Below are positions 1 to 7,894 of a DNA stretch of 63,101 nt, piece after piece; the first letter of the stretch is position 1, and the number at the start of each line of letters is the position of its first letter. The translations under genes were made by a program, and so were the position numbers. The notes under the pieces are model-generated. The model worked only from the letters and a program-made list of their open reading frames with translations, searched no databases and was not told where the DNA came from. The stretch is from positions 1 through 63,101 of the forward strand of contig CADBTQ010000061.1 of the NCBI GenBank assembly GCA_902797685.1. The letters run 5' to 3'. The stretch is from an uncultured Eubacteriales bacterium. Lineage in GTDB: Bacteria; Bacillota; Clostridia; Christensenellales; CAG-1252.

Positions 1-357
1 CTCCTTCGTGATTTATATATATATAAATTAATACTGCATCCCCAAAAAAACAATATAATATACATATTGTGTATAAAAATGTATTCTGCGCTTAACTTTC
101 TTAATGCGCTCTTAATCTCGTTTTCACCGATTTGTCACACGGCACCAGTCCCGCAAACGATGCGTAGGCAAATACTCGTGACTCGTAGCGTCTACACAGC
201 ACTCTACAAGCCATTTCCTCGTGCAATATCGGGTTTGTTGGACCATTTTGCAAAATCTTGCTTCTTGTTCTCGACATCCACCATTCCCTCGAAGAGGCAA
301 GGGCACATGCGTACGCAAAATCTTAATCATCATTTAAGGAACACAACGTCGATTATA

Positions 358-366
358 TGCTATAAT
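358..366 (+). promoter_or_regulatory. candidate extended -10 (TGcTATAAT) for the 401..3246 operon
   Basis: tgctataat read at 358-366, shortly upstream of RBS AAAGGAG (389-395). No convincing -35 seen. Confidence 0.3.
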
Positions 367-400
367 ACCAGTGAAATATTATGCAATCAAAGGAGCGTCT

Positions 401-1291
401 ATGCAACCTAACGCACGCAAGCATCTATTGTGGATGTTGATCCGCACGGGAGTCGTCCTCATCGCCATCGTGGCGGTGTCGGTCTCTTTTGCCTGGTTTC
501 GGGCGGCGGGCGCGCAAAAGGTAGGCGTAGAGCCCCTCACTATCTCGGCAGCCGAGGCGGAGGTAGTGGAAGTGGAAGGGGGCACCAGTTATAGTCTGCG
601 CGGAGACTACAACGGCCAAACGGGACTGACCGACGACGGATCGGAGATGCCCTTTTTCGTGGGAAAGGACGTGCCTCTCACTCGCAAAATGACCGACAGT
701 ACGTACAATCCCGCCACCTACAAGTTGACCAAGCTGACGATCACGGCTGTCCTTAGTCTCGATCAAGTGCTTGCTACCTTTGGAGAGAAGGAATTGCTCA
801 ATTCCGCGTCATTAGAACCCGGAAAATGGGATGATGATTATGGTGAATATTTCAAAGGTCCGCGGGACTACTGTTTCGATTCTTTTTGTTGGCGCATCGC
901 CTTACTCAAGGAGCCGCATCCTGTCGGCGAGACCGGCGCGGCAATCAGCAACCCCACCTACGTTGCTCCCAAGGATTGGTCCTGGAGTACGAGCAATTCG
1001 TCCACACTCACCAAATTGTACGGCAAAGACGTGGTGCTGGAATTCGGCATCCGACTCTATTTTTTGGACGCAGAGAGCCTTGATCAGACCGGGGATGACC
1101 TTTATCTACGAAATGCTTTTCGATATAGCGGGTACAGTGGCGGTCTTCACGACTATGTGGATTACACCTACTGCGGCGCTACGTTTAGTTTTGCCTATTC
1201 GATCGGTTGCAACTATAAGTTTAGCAAAACCAAGATCATCCAGCCGCCCGAGCCTTCCACAGGAGGGTCGTCTACAGGAGGTGGATCATGA
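401..1291 (+). CDS. exported hypothetical protein with TasA/camelysin-like N-terminal signature
   Basis: ATG at 401 preceded by AAAGGAG; the track start at 371 is a GTG without RBS. N-terminus is a basic region, a hydrophobic helix ending VSVSFAWF, then EPLTIS. C-terminal Gly/Ser tail. Confidence 0.6.
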   Translation: MQPNARKHLLWMLIRTGVVLIAIVAVSVSFAWFRAAGAQKVGVEPLTISAAEAEVVEVEGGTSYSLRGDYNGQTGLTDDGSEMPFFVGKDVPLTRKMTDSTYNPATYKLTKLTITAVLSLDQVLATFGEKELLNSASLEPGKWDDDYGEYFKGPRDYCFDSFCWRIALLKEPHPVGETGAAISNPTYVAPKDWSWSTSNSSTLTKLYGKDVVLEFGIRLYFLDAESLDQTGDDLYLRNAFRYSGYSGGLHDYVDYTYCGATFSFAYSIGCNYKFSKTKIIQPPEPSTGGSSTGGGS

Positions 1292-3246
1292 AAATGAGTC
1301 TTCGATTGGGCGGGGCATTGCTTGCCCTCGTCCTGATACTGACGACCGTCGTGTTCGTATCCCTTGCCTGGTACGAAGTAACGCCCGTGGCGCCCGACGG
1401 ATTGGCAATCACGTCAAAAGGATACGTGGCGCTGTCTTATCAGGCAGCCCTTCAATACAATACGTCCACGGGTTTTGTGGACGCAGCGTTAGACTATTCG
1501 GTCATACCGACCGCTTGGGTCGCTCCGACTACTGCCAACGCCATGACGCCCGCCAAGGTGGGTGTGGACGCTATCCGCAATTCGTTGACCGTCGCGGACG
1601 TCACGCAAGCGGATGGCGCAATCGTCACCCAAGCCGCCAGGCCGGCGACTTTCCGCTCCAGTTTGCAATACGTCAACCGTTTGGACTTAGGAAGCGAGGC
1701 CAAGTTACGCATCGGCGCTATTGCGTATGCCGTAGCCAAAACCAACGGTGTAGTGACTTCAAAACGCCGGACATCTTTGCAGGGGGATATTTTGCTGCGC
1801 TCTACGGTGGACGTAGACTATACCGACCAGTCTGTTGAGGACGACCACTTTGAGTTTGAATACTCTCCCTCCACCGTCGCTATCCCCATGGATCACTACG
1901 ACATCACCATTCAAAACAAGGACGCATTGTTGACCATTACGACCAATTGCTATTTTCGACAAGTGGACGAATTGATCCCCGGCTATTTGAGGACGGCAGA
2001 CGAAATACTGCTCGATCTGCAAGTCTCCGTCCCCAGCCATACCCACACGGTTTATTTCCGGGACGAAGCCAACTGGGGTACGGGTAGAGCGTATTCTTAC
2101 GGATATGCGCGCGTACCCGTATCCACTACCCGAGGGAGTTATCTGTTGGCTGGGCAAGAGGGCGACAACGACCTAGGTGTGGTAATGCGTATGGATCCAC
2201 ACGCGGAAGAAAACACCAAATTCGTGTACTACGGACTGCACATCTCCAAACCAACCAATATTTCTTTGTGGTACAACAATGAAAAGCAGACCGTGACTTC
2301 TAACTACAGCGTCACCACTAACGGTGTGCGAATCAATGCCACCGGCAATTACGACGTGACGCTTACCATATCCAGCAACGGTAAACTCAATTTGGCTTTT
2401 AGTCAAAGTACGATGAGCGTGCCGTTGACCGAATACACGGGCGAGTGGCGCAACGACGCGATGCACCCGTTGACGGGATTTCCGGGGTGGTACACGATAG
2501 ACGTGCCTACCGACGCGGAGAGGATCATTTTCCACGGCGACGCATACAGCATAACAACAAAAAAAACAGAGTCAATGCGCATCGATTTTGACAAGCCCTT
2601 CTATTGGGAGGGAGAGTGGCATGACGCCATGCCCGCGCCGTGGGATGGTATGATCACGGTGGACGTCAGCAATATCGACTGGTTTGGCAACGACGGCTGC
2701 ATACCCTACCTCTACGTATGGTACGACGACGGCACCAACAACGGCGCCTTCCCCGGCGTGGCGATGGTCTCGCAAGGTAACGGCAAATATGAGGTATTGA
2801 CAGACCCCGATAAGGAGATAATCGGCGCAATCGTAATGCGCGGTAACACGGCAGGAACGAGGATGTTTAACCGCACTGCCGACATAACAACGATCACCGA
2901 TCACGTCATCACCTTAGGCGAGAGCGACTTCCAAAACTGCTTCGTGGCGACCTTTACGGTGGACGTAAGCGCGATCGATTGGTTTGAAAACGACGGCGCG
3001 GTGCCTTATCTGTACGCATGGAAAGACGACGGCGACACCTACAAAAACGGCGACTGGCCCGGCGTGGCGATGAGCAAGGTGGGCAACGTGTATAAGTGCG
3101 TGGTCGACAGTTGGCAAGGGATAGACGCCATCATCATTTCGCGCAGCGACGGCACCAACGTGTGGGGACAAACGAGCAATATCACCGATTTTGGCAACTA
3201 CACGCTCGTATTTGACCAGTGGGACAGCAATAGCAATGCAAACTAA
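1288..3246 (+). CDS. exported multi-module protein with TasA-like N-terminus and four aromatic CBM-like modules
   Basis: ATGA overlap with the upstream stop and AGGAGGTGG RBS at 1277-1285. N-terminus ..FVSLAWYEV..DGLAITS. Repeated DWF.NDG..PYLY.W.DDG...PGVAM modules. Confidence 0.7.
   Translation: MKMSLRLGGALLALVLILTTVVFVSLAWYEVTPVAPDGLAITSKGYVALSYQAALQYNTSTGFVDAALDYSVIPTAWVAPTTANAMTPAKVGVDAIRNSLTVADVTQADGAIVTQAARPATFRSSLQYVNRLDLGSEAKLRIGAIAYAVAKTNGVVTSKRRTSLQGDILLRSTVDVDYTDQSVEDDHFEFEYSPSTVAIPMDHYDITIQNKDALLTITTNCYFRQVDELIPGYLRTADEILLDLQVSVPSHTHTVYFRDEANWGTGRAYSYGYARVPVSTTRGSYLLAGQEGDNDLGVVMRMDPHAEENTKFVYYGLHISKPTNISLWYNNEKQTVTSNYSVTTNGVRINATGNYDVTLTISSNGKLNLAFSQSTMSVPLTEYTGEWRNDAMHPLTGFPGWYTIDVPTDAERIIFHGDAYSITTKKTESMRIDFDKPFYWEGEWHDAMPAPWDGMITVDVSNIDWFGNDGCIPYLYVWYDDGTNNGAFPGVAMVSQGNGKYEVLTDPDKEIIGAIVMRGNTAGTRMFNRTADITTITDHVITLGESDFQNCFVATFTVDVSAIDWFENDGAVPYLYAWKDDGDTYKNGDWPGVAMSKVGNVYKCVVDSWQGIDAIIISRSDGTNVWGQTSNITDFGNYTLVFDQWDSNSNAN
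2650..3243 (+). repeat. two tandem ~97-101 aa coding modules (2650-2940 and 2941-3243)
   Basis: MITVDVSNIDWFGNDGCIPYLYVWYDDG..FPGVAM.. aligns with FTVDVSAIDWFENDGAVPYLYAWKDDG..WPGVAM.. Confidence 0.8.
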
Positions 3247-3271
3247 ACGAAATAAGACAAGCAAAACAAAA

Positions 3272-3301
3272 ACAGGTGCGAACGTTCGCACCTGTTTTTT
3301 T
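3272..3301. terminator. bidirectional intrinsic terminator between convergent genes
   Basis: Perfect hairpin acaggtgcgaacgttcgcacctgt flanked by an A-run and a T-run. Confidence 0.85.
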
Positions 3302-3320
3302 ATTGTGGGGTAAGGAGTAC

Positions 3321-4283
3321 TTACGCTTTGCCGGCGCAACCGAGTACGTCCACCAACTTGTGGCGCACCAATTCCTTGATGTTGGCGCGGGCGGGTTTGA
3401 GGTACTCGCGGGGGTCAAACTTGTCGGGATGCTCGTCGAAGAATTGACGAATGGTGCCGGTCATGGCAAGACGGAGATCGCTGTCGATGTTGATCTTGCA
3501 CACCGAAAGGCGAGCGGCTTGACGGAGTTGTTCCTCGGGCACACCGATGGCGTTGGGCATTTTGCCGCCGTGCGCGTTGATCATCTTGACGTACTCTTGG
3601 GGCACCGAGCTGGAGCCGTGCAACACGATGGGGAAGCCGGGCAAACGCTTGCTCACTTCCTCGAGGATGTCAAAGCGGAGCGCGGGGGGCACCAAGATGC
3701 CTTGCTCGTTGAGGGTGCATTGTTCGGGTTTGAACTTGTAAGCGCCGTGGGACGTGCCGATGGCGATCGCCAAGCTGTCCACGCCCGTCTTGGACACAAA
3801 CTCTTCCACTTCTTCGGGACGGGTGTACGAGCCGACCGCGTGGCTGACTTCGTCTTCGATGCCCGCCAAGGTGCCGAGTTCGCCTTCCACCACCACGCCG
3901 TGATCGTGCGCGTATTGGACGACTTTGCGGGTGACTTCGATGTTGTCGGCAAAGCTAAGCGCCGAGCCGTCGATCATGACCGAGGTGAAGCCGCCGTCGA
4001 TGCAGCTCTTGCAGGTCTCGAAGTCGGGACCGTGGTCGAGGTGCAGCACGATGGGGATCTCGGGGCACTCGTGCACCGCCGCTTCCACCAATTTGACGAG
4101 ATAGGTGTGGTTGGCGTAGGCGCGGGCGCCTTTGCTGACTTGCAGGATCACAGGGGCTTTTTCCTCGCGGCAAGCTTCGGTGATACCTTGCACGATTTCC
4201 ATGTTGTTGACGTTGAAAGCGCCGATGGCGTAACCGCCGTTGTAGGCTTTTTCAAACATTTCTTTGGACGTTACTAAGGCCAT
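3321..4283 (-). CDS. fba: class II fructose-1,6-bisphosphate aldolase
   Basis: MALVTSKEMFEKAYNGGYAIGAFNVNNME.. is typical class II FBA. GGAGG RBS favours the ATG at 4283 over the track start at 4298. Confidence 0.92.
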   Translation of the reverse strand: MALVTSKEMFEKAYNGGYAIGAFNVNNMEIVQGITEACREEKAPVILQVSKGARAYANHTYLVKLVEAAVHECPEIPIVLHLDHGPDFETCKSCIDGGFTSVMIDGSALSFADNIEVTRKVVQYAHDHGVVVEGELGTLAGIEDEVSHAVGSYTRPEEVEEFVSKTGVDSLAIAIGTSHGAYKFKPEQCTLNEQGILVPPALRFDILEEVSKRLPGFPIVLHGSSSVPQEYVKMINAHGGKMPNAIGVPEEQLRQAARLSVCKINIDSDLRLAMTGTIRQFFDEHPDKFDPREYLKPARANIKELVRHKLVDVLGCAGKA

Positions 4284-4384
4284 AAATGGTACCTCCATAA
4301 AGATTTTCGATATTTGGGGCTTTCGCCTACCTTAGTGTAGCACACCCCCGCCAAAAGCGCAAGCGGTTGAGACAAAAAGGAGAA

Positions 4385-4800
4385 GGGGCAAGTGGATCTC
4401 AAGGACAGCACTGCCTTGGGTAGCGGCACAAGGCGCATGAATTGTCGCATGGCGACATGAATTGACCTCACGGTCATGAATTGGGACTCCGCCCCATGAA
4501 TTCTCGCTTCGCTCCATTGCGGTGGGATAGATTGTTGTTTCACCATCGTTACGCCGTCGCTTCGCTTCGGGTAATAGACCATTCCGAGCCGATGCCACAA
4601 GTGGCAACGTGTCGAGGAATCTCAAGGGCTATGCTTACTTGGTGAGTGGTACCATGAGTGAGTGCTTTCCTTGAGACCCTTCGACTACGCTCAGGGTGAC
4701 AGGCGTAGAACGTCTTTCATCATCATAAGCAGAGCGCAAAGCGTACTGCGCTCAGAATGGTCTATTGCCCGGAGCATTGCAACGGTGCAACGGCTTCCCC
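4385..4800. repeat. intergenic mosaic of short interspersed repeat modules (region R1)
   Basis: Shares modules with 5986-6640, 7470-7760, 26760-27100 and 62105-62520. Example: 4619-4666 is the inverted copy of 6026-6073, with 4 mismatches in 48 nt. Confidence 0.85.
4436..4503 (+). repeat. tandem array of 4 x CATGAATT(G/C) cores alternating with short hairpin spacers
   Basis: Cores at 4436, 4456, 4475 and 4495, period 19-20 nt. Spacers tcgc-atg-gcga and acc-tcac-ggt are self-complementary. Confidence 0.85.
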
Positions 4801-4812
4801 GCCGACGGGTAC

Positions 4813-4844
4813 AAAAAAATCCCGCCGAAATCGATCGACGGGAT
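4813..4844 (-). terminator. intrinsic terminator downstream of tRNA-Pro
   Basis: atcccg..cgggat stem followed by a T7 run on the minus strand. Confidence 0.7.
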
Positions 4845-4847
4845 ATT

Positions 4848-4924
4848 TGGTCTGGGTGAGAAGATTTGAACTTCCGACCTCTTGAACCCCATTCAAGCAC
4901 GCTACCAAGCTGCGCTACACCCAG
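4848..4924 (-). tRNA. tRNA-Pro (anticodon GGG)
   Basis: Hand-folded cloverleaf. Acceptor stem CTGGGTG/CACCCAG, T-arm GGAAG-TTCAAAT-CTTCT, anticodon stem CTTGA/TCAAG with loop ATGGGGT, encoded CCA end. Confidence 0.9.
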
Positions 4925-5035
4925 AGAACGAGCCTATTGTACCGCAAAAAACATGATCCGTCAACTATTTACACCTACTTTGCAAAAACCTTTTTGCGCC
5001 CGCCGCTTTCGGACAAACGCTATAGCGCGAGCCGT

Positions 5036-5842
5036 TTAGAGGAACAGCATCGCCAAAGCGATAAGGAATTGGGCGAAGTAGTAGGTCGCATGATTGGCGA
5101 CGATCATCAATTTGCTCTCGGGATTGAGAGGACCGGGCTTGGCGTAGTCCTCCGGCTTGCTGAAATAGGTCATGGAGAGGATAAGGTCGGACACGATAAA
5201 GAGGATCGACCCCACCAGCAGCAAGATGGATGCGGTACTCGCGCCCGAGGCGAGTTGCCAAGCGGATAAGGCGATAAACCAACACAGCAAAAAGGCGTAG
5301 CCAATCGAGGGGAGCAGGAACTTGCCGAACTTCATCTTGAGCAGGAAGACGGCGACGCCAAAGATCAAACACACCGCACCGACGGCGGCAAGCGCCGACC
5401 ACAACAGGCGCATTTGCTGATCGGGGAAGCGCATGACGGTGGCGACGATATACAGCACGTGCCCCAAGCCAAACGCCGCCATGCCCGCATAGGTCATGAT
5501 ATCCGCATCCCGCTTGGCGCCCTCGTACGAGCGATTGGCAAGGAAGATCTTGAAGTCCAATAGAATATCGCCGATCAAGCCCAACACGAGCCCGCCGACG
5601 AAGAGGGGGGCGACGTTGAGCACGACGTTGACGTCGTGGGGGTGCCGAGGTATCGAGGACATATAGACCTGCCGTAGTGCCTCGTTGCCGTTGTAGAGGA
5701 AAGCGCTGATCGCCGTGGCGATAAAGAACGCCGACGTCAGACTTTTGACGGCGATCGCCAACACCGAGGACTTTTTGTCCCGCAAGATACAAAACACGGC
5801 GAGGGAGATCATCCCCAACGCCAACATAACGAAAGTGACCAT
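5036..5842 (-). CDS. YhhN-family (lysoplasmalogenase-like) membrane protein
   Basis: Polytopic membrane protein with GLIGDILLD and GSILFIVSDLIL motifs typical of YhhN/TMEM86. AAAGGAGG RBS. Confidence 0.65.
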   Translation of the reverse strand: MVTFVMLALGMISLAVFCILRDKKSSVLAIAVKSLTSAFFIATAISAFLYNGNEALRQVYMSSIPRHPHDVNVVLNVAPLFVGGLVLGLIGDILLDFKIFLANRSYEGAKRDADIMTYAGMAAFGLGHVLYIVATVMRFPDQQMRLLWSALAAVGAVCLIFGVAVFLLKMKFGKFLLPSIGYAFLLCWFIALSAWQLASGASTASILLLVGSILFIVSDLILSMTYFSKPEDYAKPGPLNPESKLMIVANHATYYFAQFLIALAMLFL

Positions 5843-5985
5843 ACGCTACCTCCTTTGAGTATCTTCATTATACGGCAAAGGGGGCACATAGTCAATAGGG
5901 GCAAAATGGAAGAATTGAGTGCAAAACGCTTGCATCGCGCGCAGGAAGTGGTATAATAAGGGCGCTCGGGCGGTGGGTGCGACGA

Positions 5986-6640
5986 CAATCGTCATTCTGA
6001 GCCAACGGCGAAGAATCTCTATGGCAGCACTCACTAACGGTACCGCTCACCAAGTAAGCATAGTCCTTGAGATGTTTCGATGCGGACGATGTCCTTACTC
6101 AACATGACAATGGTGGGAAATAGAGCTTAGATTCGCTCCACTCGCTTACGCTCGGTCGGAATGACCACTACTCGTCAACCGGTCTATTGCCCGGAAGCAC
6201 AACGTGCTGATGGCGCAACGGCAGTATCGCTTGCACCCGATTGGAGCGTATCTCATCCGCTTACCAATCGTCATTCTGAGCCAACGGCGAAGAATCTCTA
6301 TGGCAGTGCTTAACTTGGGGAATCCCTTCGCCTCGTCGCAATTCGACCTAATGGTTGGTTGACGATTGGGGCGTCAACTGCACTTTGTTGTCGATTGCTC
6401 CTCTTTGCCTCACACATTGCAAGCAATGCGCGCGGCAATTATATCAAGGCGTGAGTAGTAGACCTTTGCCCTCTTCTCCTTTAGTCTATTGCCCGGAGTG
6501 CAAAGCACGATGGCGCAACAAGGGACGCTTGGTGCCACTCACCAAGTAAGCATAGTCTTTGAGATTCTTCACTTCGTTCAGAATGACTGTGACACAGAGA
6601 CGCTCATGCGGTGGGGTGATTTGACTGAAGAGCCCTTGGC
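5986..6640. repeat. intergenic mosaic of short interspersed repeat modules (region R2)
   Basis: 846-bp gap without a credible CDS. 42-nt perfect direct repeat at 5986-6027 and 6265-6306. Modules are shared with R1, R3, R4 and R5. Confidence 0.85.
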
Positions 6641-6688
6641 GTATAGGCGGAGCAAAAAAGACAAACATTACTCTATGGAGGTAACAAT

Positions 6689-7405
6689 ATGAAAGATTTA
6701 GTCAAAAAGATGGTTGCCGAGTGCGTCGGCACCTTCGTACTCGTGTTCGTCGCGTGCGGCGTGGCGGCTTTGACCGGCGGCGACTTGGTGCCTACCGCTT
6801 TGGCGTTCGGTTTGGTCATCGTGGCGATGGCTTACTCGGTCGGCAGAGTGTCGGGTTGCCACATCAACCCCGCCGTGTCCTTGGGTTGTGCCTTGGCCAA
6901 GCGGATCACTTGGAAAGAGTTCGCTTTCTACGTCCTCGCTCAATTCGTGGGCGCCGTGGTGGGCGGTATCGCCATCTTTGGCATCGCCAAAATGGCAAAC
7001 CTCAATCTCCTTGGCGACGCCAGCAACTACGCCGTCAACTTTGCGTTGGAAGGCTTGACCGCGGGCACGATCTTCGCGTCCTTGTTGACCGAGATCATCC
7101 TCACCTGCATCTTCGTGTACGTCATCCTCAACGTGACCGATCACGACTCGGGCGCGGGCAAAAAAGCCGGCTTGATCATCGGTTTGACCTTGACTTTGGT
7201 GCACTTGGTGGGCATCCGCTTGACCGGTACATCGGTCAACCCCGCTCGTAGCTTCGGTACCGCCGTGGCTGCCGCTATCTTCAACGGCGAAGTCGAGGCG
7301 CTCAAACAATTCTGGATGTTCTTGGTCGCTCCCTTGCTGGGTGCCGCCTTGGCGGTGGTGTTGTTCAACCTGCTCAACCGCAAGAAGGAAGGACAAATCG
7401 TCTGA
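6689..7405 (+). CDS. aqpZ: aquaporin / MIP-family channel
   Basis: Two NPA boxes (HINPAVSLG, VNPARSFG), six-TM layout, GGAGG RBS. Confidence 0.92.
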   Translation: MKDLVKKMVAECVGTFVLVFVACGVAALTGGDLVPTALAFGLVIVAMAYSVGRVSGCHINPAVSLGCALAKRITWKEFAFYVLAQFVGAVVGGIAIFGIAKMANLNLLGDASNYAVNFALEGLTAGTIFASLLTEIILTCIFVYVILNVTDHDSGAGKKAGLIIGLTLTLVHLVGIRLTGTSVNPARSFGTAVAAAIFNGEVEALKQFWMFLVAPLLGAALAVVLFNLLNRKKEGQIV

Positions 7406-7422
7406 GTTTAAGGACGCAAACG

Positions 7423-7455
7423 AGCCCCGAAAGCGAGTCTTTCGGGGCTTTTTTG
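7423..7455 (+). terminator. intrinsic terminator of aqpZ
   Basis: agccccgaaag..ctttcggggct stem followed by a T-run. Confidence 0.85.
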
Positions 7456-7469
7456 TTTGGAAAAACGTT

Positions 7470-7760
7470 GCGCCGATGGCGCGTGAATCGGCGCTTTGCG
7501 TCATGAATTGGGGCTTTGCCCCATGAATTGGAGCGGGCGTGCCACCGCTCCGTTGTGGTAAGGAATAGAGCTTAGATTCACTCCACTCGCTTACGCTCGG
7601 TCGGAATGGTCTATTGCCCGGAAGCACAACGTGCTGATGGCGCAACGGCGGTGGGTGGATAGAGCATAGATTCGCTCGACACGATGCCACGCGTGGCATC
7701 GGCTCGGAATGACGTTGGCGTGGGTTTCCTCGACAAGTTCGGAATGACAAGCCCTTCACC
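7470..7760. repeat. intergenic mosaic (region R3) including a 3-unit CATGAATTG array
   Basis: Cores cGTGAATCG at 7482 and CATGAATTG at 7502 and 7522. Positions 7564-7648 repeat 6119-6221. Confidence 0.85.
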
Positions 7761-7894
7761 TTGCAAAAAAGGAGCGGCGGTGCGGTTTGGGAGAGGTTTT
7801 TGTTGACTTTTTGCGCAAAACGGGGGCAAATCGTTAGGATAATAACAATCTAAAATGCTAAAATGGAAGTAGAAAAGCAAAAGGAGATACTTTT

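Noticed and set aside
1-357. Riboswitch or ncRNA in the AT-rich 5' region
   Set aside because: I could not recognise any known riboswitch core or a convincing conserved structure by eye. I left it unannotated apart from the candidate -10 element.
3276-4277. Long antisense ORFs opposite real genes (3276..4277, 8153..9565, 10778..12166, 19224..20828, 33632..35974, 37060..39771, 17233..18549, 28628..29428 and others)
   Set aside because: These are shadow ORFs typical of GC-rich coding regions. They have Arg/Gly/His/Val-rich low-complexity translations and no RBS, and each overlaps a confidently identified gene on the other strand.
4436-4503. CATGAATTG and AGTGATATT arrays as CRISPR-like or as plasmid iterons
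   Set aside because: The constant part is only 9 nt and the 'spacers' are 7-15 nt hairpins, so this is not CRISPR. There is no rep, par or plasmid context for true iterons. I kept them as an unexplained repeat class instead.
4848-4924. tRNA-Pro as an integration site of a genomic island
   Set aside because: No integrase, no phage or IS genes, and no direct repeat of the tRNA 3' end were seen nearby. The flanks are repeat mosaics and housekeeping-type genes.
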